Of a DNA stretch of 64,000 nucleotides, positions 25,701-38,707 are shown piece by piece. Source of the stretch: Azolla caroliniana. Its lineage: Eukaryota; Plantae; Polypodiophyta. Numbering within the stretch: the first letter of the stretch is position 1; every line of letters starts with the position of its first letter. A model generated the notes under the pieces. It was not told the origin of the DNA and ran no database searches. It saw only the letters and a list, made by a program, of their open reading frames with translations. The DNA lies in assembly GCA_043228905.1 (NCBI GenBank), contig JBHGNT010000001.1, forward strand, positions 26,598,001 to 26,662,000, in the 5' to 3' direction. A program made the position numbers and the translations under genes.

Positions 25701-27430
25701 CTGGATTGGAATACAAGAATGAGAATTGCTGCAGGTGCTGCAAGTGGTCTCGAGTATTTGCATGATAAGGCAAATCCACCTGTGATCTTCCGAGACTTCA
25801 AATCATCTAATATCTTGTTAGATGAAGAATTCCACCCAAAGTTATCGGATTTTGGTTTAGCTAAACTGGGTCCTGTCGGAGACAATTCACATGTTTCCAC
25901 AAGGGTTATGGGTACTTATGGTTATTGTGCTCCTGAATATGCTATGACTGGCCAACTCACAGTTAAGTCGGATGTTTATAGCTTTGGCGTGGTTCTTTTG
26001 GAGTTGATCACAGGACGGAAAGCTATCGACGATTTGAAACCTCCAGCAGAACAGAATCTTGTTAATTGGGTAAGTATGAGTATCCAATGCAAAAAAGAAG
26101 GGGGGAAACACTAAAATATCCGTAATGTTTTGCATATTTATTATAAAACCAATTCCGAAAATGCCCAGAATTTAATTGGGATTTACTAAAAATATCCCCA
26201 AAGTTTTCAAATTTTACCAACTATTCTGTTGTAGTAAATTTTGTTGTACAGAGGGGCAGGCTGGTAAAATTTGAAAATATAGGGATTATGAAAAGAACAT
26301 AAGCTAAGGGGTATTTTGTACATACCCATCAATTAAAGCTGTATTTTGTTATTTTTGACCTTTATTACAACTACTAGCAGGATAAAAGAAAATCCCAAGG
26401 AGTTGTTAAATATAAACAATTGCCCAACTATATCCTACTAAATCCTAATAGCACAGATTTTTTTGAACGCCCAGGGTTAATCATAAATAGCCAAAAGTTA
26501 AACGGCGTTCTGGTATTTTGTGGCAACTTTTCATTTTGTAGCAAATATTAATGTAAATTCTTATTTTTTTGTCTGGGATACTTTTGATGAATCTTTTGAA
26601 AAGGTTCACAAAAAAAATATACGCAAAAATCCCGAAAAAGCCTTAAAAGATGTAGCCATTTGGTGGACATTATTACTCCCTATTTTGTCTATCAGTTATA
26701 GTTTAAAAGACTCCAAAACATCATGAGAAATAGAGATTATTAGTAGCAGCTGATTGTTTTCATGTCAGGGTTTAATTTCAGCATCTAAGAAATATATTGA
26801 AATAATATGTACTGATTAATGGTTTTGTAATATTTGGCAAAAATCCGTCAAGTACTTTGTTCCTACGTAATGATGGCAAGCTTCCTAAAACCTTGATATA
26901 TACCGTTTTGGAAAACTCCTAGTGAATAGTTTTCTTGATTTTTTATTTTCATCTCAAATAGCATGTGAGTATATGCTCAGTGTTTGTTAGTTTGATTTTT
27001 TTTGCTTGCCAATATGTATTGGAATTTAATAGCACTCAATCTTTTCTGTAATATTCAGTGAAGAAATCTTTCAAAGCATTTGATATATAAATTTAATTTG
27101 TTTTTATTTCAATGGAAGAATTAATTATGGTCTCCAACATTCATTATCTCTAATATACTTCATTTGGGGTCCATTTGTCAGGCACGCCCCTTGTTCAAGG
27201 ATCGAAGGAAGTTTTTGTCAATGGTAGACCCGTTATTACAAGGGCAATATCCTTTGAGAGGCCTTTATCAAGCGCTTGCGGTGGCGGCAATGTGTCTACA
27301 AGAGAAAGCAGATACCCGACCCCTTATTGCTGATGTCGTCACTGCCCTTACATACCTAGCTTCACAAACATATGATCCTTCGTCCATACCTCTACAGAAG
27401 AAAGAAGATGGGTACAAGACAACAACTTAG
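22757..27430 (+). CDS. PBS1/PBL-like receptor-like cytoplasmic kinase (RLCK VII); exons 22757-22907, 24198-24358, 25085-25274, 25678-26069, 27182-27430
   Basis: [61 protein letters not shown] and [16 protein letters not shown]. All introns are GT-AG with consistent phases. Confidence 0.93.
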
Positions 27431-29893
27431 GAATGGAAGGAATGCATACAAGTATCCACGACAATGATGACGATGACATCCAAATGAAGGCTTGATGGTC
27501 AAAGCTGGAATTCAGGTTTTTTATGAGTAAGAAAATAAAAAAATAGCAAAAAGAATATTAAAAGAAAGACAAGTCTTCACATCATTGTCTGTGGTGATAT
27601 TCCCTGGGAGCATAGCAAAAGTGTTCAGGTACTGGAAGGTATTCAAAATTGAGTTCACTACCAAAGGTTTGCAGACAGCTCATGCTATAAAACAACGGTT
27701 GGGCCATATGCTCAAGTGACCATGTCTTGATAAGATAAGGGGTCATATATATGCTCGGGAGACTATCTTGATAAGCAGATGGTCATATGCTGAGATAAGT
27801 CATCATCACCCTAGACAGATAAGTTATATCATATATCATTTGCTTGTATGTCACAAGCAAGATTGTTCTACCTCAACTGTATACAATCTGAAAGAGATTC
27901 GAACACCTTTCATGTACAATACAATGTACGGCTATCATTTCAATATATATTTTATATTTTATAAATTCATACATACATAGATACATACATGCATGCATAT
28001 AGTTTTGGATCACTTACGTAATATACACACATATTATGCATGCATATATAAATGATGATACATACATGTATACCCAAGTCAAAATGTTGTGCTGATGTTT
28101 AATACATATTCACACTAGAAGCGTTCTATCTTGATGTTTGTAACAAAGAGGTTCTTGCTATCTCTAATGCTTTGACCATCACACAATATTGTGAAATGGA
28201 TTGGCTTAAGGGCCCTTGCCTCATTTGGTTGATCTAGGTCATGATTTGTTTGCTTGCCAATCAGGATAAGTGAAATGTTATTTTTAATGTACATGAGGTG
28301 AAAGGTTGTCTTCTGTTGGTGAAAGATTGTCTTATGTTGCTGTTACATTTTATACCTGTCGGCATATAATAGAATACACTCTTCTGTTTGGCTTTTTACG
28401 GTTGTCTTGCCTTCACATATAAATTAACTAAAAGGTTTGGCTTCCACCTTGGATGATGTTTTACCTAGGGGTACCCAATTAGCTGCAGATTGGTAATGCT
28501 AAAGGAGAAGTAAATGTACATTCAGTTCTTTCCCTCCTGTGAACATGTCTTTCAATATGCATGATGCTCCATTGGAGAGGGCAAAATCTCCCCCCTGTGT
28601 TTGTTGTGGCTCCTTAACTTCCTCTAATTACTAAATGCTTTCTAGTTGTGATGTGGAAGTGTCTTAACTTGATCAAAGAGAGACTTCATTTACTAACTAT
28701 ACTTCTAATGAGAAAGTGGGTATGTATTTGATGGGAATCATGAGCTTAGTTTTTTAATTACACCTACATACACTACTTACAAAAGTTTATAAAGTCGACA
28801 TCAATTAATGTTGAAACTTGATACTAATTAGAATCCACCTATGCTTGATGCTAAAATAATTGCTATTATTTGCAGATGAAGGTTATAGATAACCCTTGAT
28901 TATGGTTATAATGTTGCTTGAGGTAACTAAGTTGTAAGTAACTTGTAACTATATGCAATGATAGTATGTTGGTATTGAATGCTTGTGTGCAACATGGCGC
29001 TAAAGATTGAGACCATGAAGTGGCAAAGAAATTCATAGTCTTGAAATACATATTCCAATGATATCAATGCAATAGATGAGGATTAGTGCGCATTCTCTGG
29101 AACAACCGATCAAAGTTTTGAGCTTGTCAATTCTAAATAAAAGGGAACAAAATTTGAGCCAAAGCAACAAAAAAAAATGCAGTTTTTCTTTCTTTTGTTC
29201 TCTCAGACATTCTTATGAGACAAAAAAGAGAGAAAAGTTGCTTGAGTGAAGAACCTTTGAGCCAGACATTGATGATTGTTGTCTATTATATGGGGGGGGC
29301 ATCGTGTCTGATTGTTGTTGCTGGGATTGATTAGAGTCTCTCTCAAGGAGTATGAAGAGTTGCGGCCTAGGCCTTTAAAACTTCTTGTTCACTGGTGAGC
29401 CCGGAATATGCATACAATTTATAAAGGAAGCCCAAAGATATTTACAAAAATACCCCTGATGTTTCACAGAAGTATGGACTCTGGTTTTTGGGAACAGAGG
29501 CATCTAATTGTTCTTTTTGGTCTCTAGCATTGAATGCTTCAGCATTCCACCCTTCATCTCAACCTGTAAAACTAGCCTTACAACCAATCCAAAAACCCTA
29601 AAAACCTTCAAACAACCCTAAAACCCCACCTCTCAAAACTGACCTTCACAGCACAACCTCTAACCTCTAACCGCCAAAAGCAACTTTATACTCCAATTCC
29701 GAGACCCAAAACTCTGAACCCTTAAAATTGGACAACCAAGAACCGGAACCTTAAACGCTGAAACCCTGAAGTACTTTCACGAGTATGTAGCTTAAATGTG
29801 GGATGGGGGGGTTTCTCCCCATCATTGTGCACTGGCTCAGCAAAATGCCATCATCATTCTTGTTCCTACACCAATTTGTTGTTATCCTTAGCA

Positions 29894-32197
29894 ATGAACG
29901 AAGCTCATGCTACAATAGCAAGAGCTCAGAAGAACTTATATAAAAAACTCTTGCAAGATTGTATCAAGTCAAAGGACCTACATAAAGGCATGCAAATCCA
30001 TGGCTTTATTACCCATGACATTGGACATTTTGAACCAAATAATTTATACCTTGAAAATACTCTGTTACACATGTATGCAGAATGTGGCAGTGTTTCCGAA
30101 GCTCGATATGTATTTGATGGCATGATAGAGCATAATCTCTTCTCGTGGACAGCGATCATATCAACATATGCTGGCCATGGACCTGTGGAAGAAGCTCTAC
30201 ATATGTATGAGGATTTATATCAATGTTCAGGTTTGATACTGGACAAATATGCTTTTCTTTCTGCCCTCAAAGCATGTGTCTCTATGCGATGCTTTGTTCG
30301 GGGAAAACATGTTCATGCCGATGTAGTTAAATCTGGATTCGAACTCGATATTTTTGTCACTAATACTCTTGTTGATATGTATGCAAAGTGTGAGACCATT
30401 GATGATGCGCGATGTGTTTTTGAGAGAGCTGTTAAGAAGGATATAGTTACATGGAATGTTATAATGTCGGGATGTCTTTATCAAGGGATGCATGATGAAT
30501 GTCTCAAGTATTTCTACCGAATCCAACATGAAAACATGATGCCTAATGATGTTAGCTTCATTTCAGGTTTAAAAGCATGTATTGGATGCACTTCACTGAT
30601 TATTGGTAAGCAAATTCATGTACAAGTCTTTGGAAGCTTCTTGGCTCATGCCAACAACATTAATGTGCTAAATACAGTGCTTGATGTGTATGCAAAATGT
30701 GGAGACGTAGACAATGCGTCTTTGCTATTCTGGTCATTGCCCAGAAAGGATCTAACCACATGGAATGTGATGGTTTTGGCCTTTGCAAAAGAAGGGCTCC
30801 TTCTGGACGCATATTCTCTTTTGGGATTAATGAAAGAGAATGGATTCGAGCCTGATGAGGTTACATTCTCTACATTGTTGAAAGCATGCACATCATTACC
30901 AAATCTGGAACATGGGCGATTTGGACATTTACTATTGGTAGAAAGTGGGACGATTTTAAATGCCTTTACGTGTAGTATTCTGGTTGAGATGTATGTGAAA
31001 TGCGGTAGCTATGATGATGCATGGAAAGTCTTTGAAGGGATGGGGGATAAGAAAAATAACATTGGATGGAATGTGATGATTGCAGGTTGTATTCAGCATG
31101 GGCATATAGATAACGCATTTTCTCTTTTCAATCAAATGTTATTGGAAGGGAATTTTCCTGATAAAGTGACTGCCCTTAGTATTCTCAAGACATGTCCAAG
31201 TCTTGCAACCTCTAGTTGTGGAAGGTTTTTTCATGTTTATCTGATGGAGATTGGCCTTCTTTCTGATGTTTCAGTAAGCAATTCACTTACCGAAATGTAT
31301 GTGAAACGTGGGAGCATCGAGGATGTGTATAGAATGTTCGCAAGCATGCAAGTTCATGATGTCACCTCATGGAATATCTTGATAATGGCACTTGTTCAGA
31401 AAGGCCTCGGGGAGGATGCACTTACCGTCGTTGGGGAGATGTTGCAAAAACAAGTGGAAGCAAACCACGTTACATTTAGTAGCATTCTCAAGGTTTGTTC
31501 CACTATGGCCATCTTAGAGTGGGGCATGGAGGTGCATAGTCTTGTTGTGGTGAGCTTCAATCACTGTGAATCGTTGTCATCTATCTCATCTATCGGAAGT
31601 GCTCTTGTTGACATGTATGCAAAATGTGGATCGATCAATGATGCAAGAAACATATTTGATGGTATGCGAGAAAGGCAAGTGGTCACTTGGACGGCTATGA
31701 TAACCGGATATTCTCTTCAAGGTCTCTGCAAAGAAGCACAAGATCTATGGAAAAAGATGGTAGATGAAGATGTGAAACCAGACGGCGTAACCTTTGGTGC
31801 AATTCTCTCAGCATACACTCGTGTGGGGATGGTGCAAGAAGGAGGACACATCTTCATTGCTATGCAGGTGTTTCATGATGTGACACGAACGTCGGAGCAT
31901 CTTGCTTGTATGGTTGACTTATTGGCACGATGTGGCCTCATACACGAGGCAAACTGTCTAGTAATGGAATCACATACTCTTTGTGATGATGTGGTATGCA
32001 TGGCATTGTTGGATGCTTGTAGAATTCATGGTGATATTGATAAGGGAAGATATGTGTTTCAATGGATTATCACCTATTGGCCTAATTGCTCCCAAGCATA
32101 TGTAGTGTTGTCAAACATGTATGCTCAAGCGGGTATGTGGGATGAGGTTCTCAAAATCCGGGACGAGATGAGAGATGCCTTGGTTGTTAATGACTAG
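29894..32197 (+). CDS. PLS-class pentatricopeptide repeat protein, E subgroup, no DYW domain (probable organellar RNA-editing factor)
   Basis: Intronless ORF with repeated LVDMYAKCG..A..VF....DVV.WN motifs, E motifs (HLACMVDLLARCG, ALLDACRIHGD, AYVVLSNMYAQAGMWDEV) and then a stop. First in-frame ATG at 29894. Confidence 0.93.
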   Translation: MNEAHATIARAQKNLYKKLLQDCIKSKDLHKGMQIHGFITHDIGHFEPNNLYLENTLLHMYAECGSVSEARYVFDGMIEHNLFSWTAIISTYAGHGPVEEALHMYEDLYQCSGLILDKYAFLSALKACVSMRCFVRGKHVHADVVKSGFELDIFVTNTLVDMYAKCETIDDARCVFERAVKKDIVTWNVIMSGCLYQGMHDECLKYFYRIQHENMMPNDVSFISGLKACIGCTSLIIGKQIHVQVFGSFLAHANNINVLNTVLDVYAKCGDVDNASLLFWSLPRKDLTTWNVMVLAFAKEGLLLDAYSLLGLMKENGFEPDEVTFSTLLKACTSLPNLEHGRFGHLLLVESGTILNAFTCSILVEMYVKCGSYDDAWKVFEGMGDKKNNIGWNVMIAGCIQHGHIDNAFSLFNQMLLEGNFPDKVTALSILKTCPSLATSSCGRFFHVYLMEIGLLSDVSVSNSLTEMYVKRGSIEDVYRMFASMQVHDVTSWNILIMALVQKGLGEDALTVVGEMLQKQVEANHVTFSSILKVCSTMAILEWGMEVHSLVVVSFNHCESLSSISSIGSALVDMYAKCGSINDARNIFDGMRERQVVTWTAMITGYSLQGLCKEAQDLWKKMVDEDVKPDGVTFGAILSAYTRVGMVQEGGHIFIAMQVFHDVTRTSEHLACMVDLLARCGLIHEANCLVMESHTLCDDVVCMALLDACRIHGDIDKGRYVFQWIITYWPNCSQAYVVLSNMYAQAGMWDEVLKIRDEMRDALVVND

Positions 32198-34509
32198 TAA
32201 CATGTTCACGAATTTTAATGTGAAATATTGTACATGTTTTCAAATGTAACCGTGTAGAGATACCTTTACGTCAACTCACACTGACATGGGTACCTCATAC
32301 ACCACATTCGTCAACTTTTTATCGATAACATACAGGTGCGGAATGTAATGATATACAAAACCCTTTTGATTCACTGCAACAATAATAGATCAATTGACTA
32401 TATAAGTTCGCACAAGCAACTCTAGACTCATAACAGAGTGTTGAAGGATGAAATAGCATCGAGAAGACTATGCGTTCATTTACTACTTTTTTATTACCCA
32501 TACAATATATTGTGCCCAAAGTTCTTCCAGCTTTTATTTTTGAAGCCATCAAGAAATGAGATAGTAAAATAAATTTATTAGAATCATAAAACTTAATTTG
32601 CTATTATATAATAGATTTGTGTTTTCAAGAGCATTTGTTATTGTTTTCTCTCCTTTTTCGCTGCTGAATGTGGGTAAATGTCAAATGTTTAAAAACCATT
32701 TTTTGGTAGCAACCAACTCTCCATCATCTTGAAGTCTACAATTTTGTATAATAAAAATGCAAAATAAAGCCCCTTGCTCGATACGTGAACCCTCAACATC
32801 AATGCTGCAAAGCACAAGTTTTACGACTGTCTCCACGATTATACTTAGCTTCTACATAATGATGCACAAAGGTTATGGTTTCACTACGTGCTTTAGCAAG
32901 CAATACCATGTTTCAAGTTCATAAGCTTCTCCACACACTAAACAACCATCAGCTACTTGACCTATAAACGTGTTATGAGGATGGCTTTATAAATAGAGAT
33001 AATACTTAATATACAGTGTTATTATACGTTAAGTTTTTATGAATAAAAAAACATGTGTTGAAGGTGGATGGTTTCCCATCTTCATTGGAAAAGCCGGCCC
33101 TTCAATTAAGCACATTCTTCAGACATGGTAACTTTTTCTTATGGCACAAGCAGCAATAGAGTTTTCAAGCTAGCTCAGTCATGGTGTTTCTTCACAGGAT
33201 AGTTGTCTCTAATATTCTCACACAGACCAAGAGGTGACACTCATATGACCAGTGTTTAATAGGCATAACGCAGGTTTGCTGTCCTTCACTAGAGGTAGTA
33301 AATTGTTGAATAGTGGTCAGTTACCTTAACTCAACCTCAATGACATTGTGGTGCATTATTATCAACAATCTTGTTTGTTAGACATGTAATGGGAACCAGA
33401 CCATAATTATCAGCCCCATATTCAAAATGGGGCATCTAGAGGTAAGTGGTAATAACTAGAGCACTGATTTATGAGGAATGTATTCTACATTTTATAACAA
33501 TTATTGGACAATGTTATTTGCATCAATAAAAGACTCAAAGAGTATGAGAGAGAGAGAGGTGCTATAACAATACTCTTACACAATTTTAGAAGAGCTGGGC
33601 TTTTCCAGAAGGAATAATCTGTAAGATATTCTACCATCCTTCTTTTCACAAGACTTTTGAGTGCGTCACTTTGATTTGATTGACTAAAGAAAAAGGACGA
33701 TTTGATCTAAAAAACATCATGCTTTTTCATTTTCGACAGAAGCATCTTGCACCAACACGATAACATAAATTATAGCCAAGAGAAAAATGTTATTCAAAAG
33801 TTAAAACTCAAAAGACAAGACTGCAAACAAAGCTATGAAAGATGAATCGTACACCATACATAAATCAGCAAACAAGAAAACCCCTTCAAATATTACTTTC
33901 TAATATACGCATAGGCTTCTTATACAAACACATCAAGATAATCGAATTATAAGCAAAAGGATGTCCTGTATAGAAATATAAGCCCCTGCACAAAACCATA
34001 TTCTGCCAGCCATACGATTTGCAAAATTGTAATGAGTATAGATAGTATCAACAACTTACCATAAGATCCATTCCATAATACTTCCCCTACAAACAACATA
34101 CAATATGAAGAGATGGGTAGCGAAGAGAGGCCATTGATCATATCCAACATGAGAAAGGATCTGTGAAATTAAGCTTACAAACTACATATGAAAAGATCAC
34201 AAACATAGAATGCTTCACAAGTCTTACAGTAGAATACAGAGACTTCCGTCCATATCTAGCAGTAAGAATGAACCTCATATATTCATGATTGAGAATAAGC
34301 ATTGTTGCAATAAACAGAACACTACAGCAATCATAAGATGAATAAAAGTGGGTCGCCATTTCAGCACTGTTAATCTGAACAGAACTCCTGGGCATTATTA
34401 GTATAACAAAATCCTTCCAGACATTGTTGATATAGGGAAAAATCATATTGGTGAAGTTATCCCAAGCCATGTAAACATGGATAAATAAACACTGGGAACT
34501 TAACTTCAA

Positions 34510-34995
34510 CAAACCATATCAGCGACGTTAACAAAACAGCACAGCAATTTTATAATGGAACAACTATATCAGCATTATTAACATGAAACCATGTCATCAA
34601 CAATACAAGTACACCAGGTTAGCAGAGTTAACATGAACAAACCATGTCAGCTTTGTAAACAGGGCAAAACCATGTCAATACCATTCACATAAATAAACCA
34701 CATCAGAATCATCAACATGAATAAACCACTTCAGCATTGTTCACAAAAACAAACAATGTTGACATAAATCTTCTCTGCGTTGTTGGAACGAGAAAAAATA
34801 TTCTTAGTATCTCAGTAATATTGACATCAAAATAACCACCCTCGGCATTGATGGCATTATAAAACTCTTCATCAATGTTGGCATGGAGGTAACCATCTTG
34901 TGAAAGATAGTAAGTAGCATAAAAACTTCTAAAGCTATGTCAATTTATCTCAGCATTGTTAACACAAACAAATCACCCCAGCATTGTTAACGATC
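34510..34995. repeat. Degenerate ~29-bp tandem repeat downstream of the GRP gene
   Basis: Recurring AAACCATGTCAGCATTGTTAACATGAA-like units at 34510-34770 and 34950-34995. Confidence 0.65.
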
Positions 34996-35335
34996 ATACA
35001 AGTTCTTAGAATTGCTTTAACATTACAGAGTCAGTCACTTCTCTACTGGTTGAAGAAAACCAAGTAAAACCCAAGCTAACCCTGGAATCTTCTTTCAGCA
35101 GAAATCCAACCCAATCACCCAAAAACATTATAAACCACGCAATAGTATCATCATCACAAACACAGGACCTGTATTATCACTAGTAGTAGTAGTAGCAGTA
35201 GCAGTAGATCCATAAAGAGCTGAACAAACGAGACCATCTCTCAGCATCGTTTTAACATTACAGAGTCCACCATGATAAATCCATCAACACGGTCAAAAAA
35301 GCACAAATCCAAAAAACCCAAACAAGACATTCCAA

Positions 35336-36948
35336 CTACCAGCCGCCTCCACCTGACTTGTTGCCATAGCCACCGCCTTCATTCCTATCCCTACCACCGC
35401 CATAGCCACCTCCACCTCCACCACCGCCGGAGCCATAGCCGCCACCACCACCGGATCGACCATTTCCATAGCTATCACCGCTTTCATATCTAGATCCACC
35501 ACCATATCCTCCACCGCCACCGCCGGAGCCACGGTAACCACCACCTGATCCACCTCCATAGCTGCCACCACCCCCGCCGCCAGAACCTCGGTAGCCTCCG
35601 CCTCCGCCACCACCACTCGAGCCACGGTAACCTCCACCACCACCACCAGATCCACGATAACCACCACCACCACCATCACCACCAGATCCTCGGTAGCCTC
35701 CACCACCTCCACCTCCACCTCCAGACCTTGCTTGGGCCTGGTTCACTGTAATGTTGCGGCCATCTAGCTCCTTTCCATTCATTGAGTCGATTGCATCTAG
35801 CATTGACTGTTCATCAGCAAAAGTCACAAAACCAAAACCCCGTGACCTCCCAGTTTCTCGGTCATTGATGATCTGGATCATGAACAATACCAAACGTTCG
35901 TCAAAAGTGAGGAGAAAATACTTTTTGGAAAACTAATGAGCAAAGTTAATTGGAAGATCCACATCTCAAACACCAGAGACAGATTCGGAGAAGAGCAAAT
36001 TCTCTCACGACAACAAAAGATCCAAAAAGTCTATTTCCCTCTCTGTACCTCTAATCTCTCTCTCTCTCTCCAACAGCTAAGACTCTCTGAAGAACATCAC
36101 GCTTCCTGGACTAACAGAAACTCACAAAGAATATTTCACAACTGCCTCTCTGATTATTTACACCAAGCTTCCATGGAAGACAGGAGAAACAAAGTGGGGA
36201 AGAAGACGAGGAATGAAATCAAAACAAATCATTTTCAAATCTGCACGCTTTACTCTTTTACCTCTCTGTTGAGAGAAGCTTCAATGGAAATTCTGCTAAA
36301 ATAAGAGAAGTAGATTTAACAAAATAGCAGAAGTCAAAACTTCTACTTTTCTGCTCGCTACCTCTCCTTCGTTTCTGTCGAAGTTTCCATGGATGGATGA
36401 CCCAGTGAAGGTGAAGGAAAAAAGGAAGATTGTGGACAAGTTAAATGGAGAAAACTTAAAAACCCTCTCTTTTCGCATCAAGGTTAAAGAGTGCCTTCTG
36501 TGTGTGTTACAGCACAGGGTAAGTCACAGGCAGAGGAGCAAGAATAAAGAAATGAAAAAGAGTATACACACACGACACGCACATCCCAGTGGAATCTTCC
36601 TTGGAAGGAAGGGAAGGAGTTAGGGAAGAGAGAAATCAGAAGGAAGGAGCCTCAGTGTCTCGCTGATGCATTTTTTGTTCTCTAGTATCGGAAGCTTCCA
36701 TGGAAGCTTGGGGAAGGAGAAATACTGTCTTCCTGGTCTGTTAGGCTGCAACAGTCCCATCCCATAGAAGCCGTACGCAAGATGAAGGCAGAGAGAGAGA
36801 GAGAGTAGATATATATATATGTATATAAATATACCTTGGAGTCTACGATCTCGCCATAGGGTTGGAAGGCGGCGCGGAGGCTCTCGTCATCGGTGGCCCA
36901 GGCGAGGCCGCCGACGAAGCACCGGAACTCCACATCCGCAGCAGACAT
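35336..36948 (-). CDS. Glycine-rich RNA-binding protein (RRM + Gly-rich tail), GRP7/GRP8-like, 216 aa; exons 36948-36835 and 35872-35336
   Basis: MSAADVEFRCFVGGLAWAT (RNP2)...DSK|IINDRETGRSRGFGFVTF (RNP1), then GGGGYRGSGG repeats. GT-AG intron at the conserved DSK/II position. Confidence 0.96.
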
Positions 36949-37106
36949 GGCGAAAGAGAAAGAGAAAGAGAAAGAGAAAGAGAAAGCAGAGGAAGGAAGA
37001 AAGCAGAGGAACAAGATGCAGAAGCAGTAGAAGAAGAAGAAGAAGAAGAAGAAGAAATAGTGAGGGGGGGGGAGAAACAGGGGAGGAGACGAAACCCTAA
37101 CTTTCG

Positions 37107-37147
<41 letters not shown>

Positions 37148-37354
37148 ACTACGACTACTACTAGTATGTATGTTATATATGTATGTGTATTATTGTATAT
37201 GTAATCTACATACATACATACACTTGGAAAGCAGAAGTACTTCTACTACTAAAGTAATAAGTATGTATGTGATGTACTACTACTTACTAGTAGTAGTAAT
37301 AGAGGAAGATGATGAGGAAGATATTTTTGTTAGGATGGGATGGGATAGGGTTCC

Positions 37355-37760
37355 TTTGTTTCTTGTCCGCCCAACACAGTGTGAAACCATCCCACTCACA
37401 CTTCCTCCTCCTCCTCCTCCTCCTCCTCCTCCTCCTTCTTCTTCTTCTTCTTCTTCTCGATTTGGTGAAGATCGAGAGATGGTACATGTAACATGGGCAT
37501 GGTACGTGGAGAGATGGTACGCGCAACATGCCCTGGGATAGGGTGCATGTGTTTTTCTTGTCCGCCCAACACTACGTGAAATTGTCCCAATGACACTTCC
37601 ATCTTCCATGCCCTCCTCCTCCTCCTCCTCCTCCTTCTAGATACATATGGTGAAGATCGAGAGATGGTACGTGTCACATGGGCATGGTACATGGAGAGAT
37701 GGTTCATGTAACATGGGCATGTGCATATTACACGTACCATCTCTTGATCTTCACCATATC
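37355..37760. repeat. Duplicated ~195-bp block with (CCT)n, ending in a 36-bp-stem inverted repeat, upstream of GRP
   Basis: TTCTTGTCCGCCCAACAC...GGTGAAGATCGAGAGATGGTAC occurs twice. 37645-37680 pairs with 37724-37759. Confidence 0.85.
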
Positions 37761-38707
37761 CATGCTCTACTCACACCTTGTGTGAAATTTGAATGGTTGT
37801 GTAAACGGAAGTGAAGTATCGAATACATCATTGAACCCATAATGTTTGATAGAAGTAAAAGGTATTACTTGAGACTGCGAGAATTTAAAAAATCGACATA
37901 TAGCAACCATGGGTTTAGACTTCGACTTATTGACATGTGCTAAGAGTTTTGGCCAACATCTAGGCATGTACAGTTGCAACAAGCCATGTTGTTTTTCCCT
38001 TTATCCTAGCGTGGGAAGAGCCTCTATTAAGGTCATCGCCTCTATCAATAGCAAGGGACATATAAACAACAAATTATTAACAAAAACAACTTACACATCG
38101 AAGAACAAAACAACAAATTAGTGCTATGTTAGTAGCCTTGTACATTGTAAGCATTGTCTTTCTTAAATCATTCTTGCCGTCTTTTAAGCCTTGGGTTGTG
38201 GATAATGAATTTATAATGTCGTTATCATTGTCAACTTGCGTAATCTCAAACTAAATGTGAGTAAAACATTTGACCCCTTCCTTGCAACTTCAACACAGAA
38301 ACTTACATATAAACTTGTAAAGCTTAAGATTTTTACCATTAAGCCATCTTGTTGATATATGAAGGATCTTCTATAAAGTAATAGCTCGAGTAAAAACAAT
38401 AAATTGTTAAATCAAATTGTTGGATCATCCAAAGTCTCTTATATATTGTTTCAAGTCATTTAGTATGTTATAATTTGTTGTTTTGTTCTTAGATGTATAA
38501 GTTGTCCATATAAAGCCTATAACTCTATAATATCTATTTATCATCATGTGATATCTAGACTTGAGGATGTAATTTCTGATTACCTAGAGTGAACTTGTAG
38601 TTGTTAAAAAGCGTGTATTGTACGTGTAGAATAAGTTTTAGAATACTCTAAAAGTATCTTGCATGTTAGACTGCCATTTTATAATATTTTACATATCTTA
38701 AGTATTT

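Noticed and set aside
32770-32840. Another tRNA-derived remnant on the minus strand (CAGTCGTAAAAC...GGGTTCAC)
   Set aside because: Too degenerate and single-copy in the window to support by eye.
35272-35718. His-rich and Val-rich ORFs overlapping the GRP gene
   Set aside because: Antisense and alternative-frame shadows of the glycine codon repeats.
36819-37740. Poly-E/R/P/G ORFs around the GRP 5' region
   Set aside because: Produced by (GAA)n, (GA)n and (CCT)n simple repeats.
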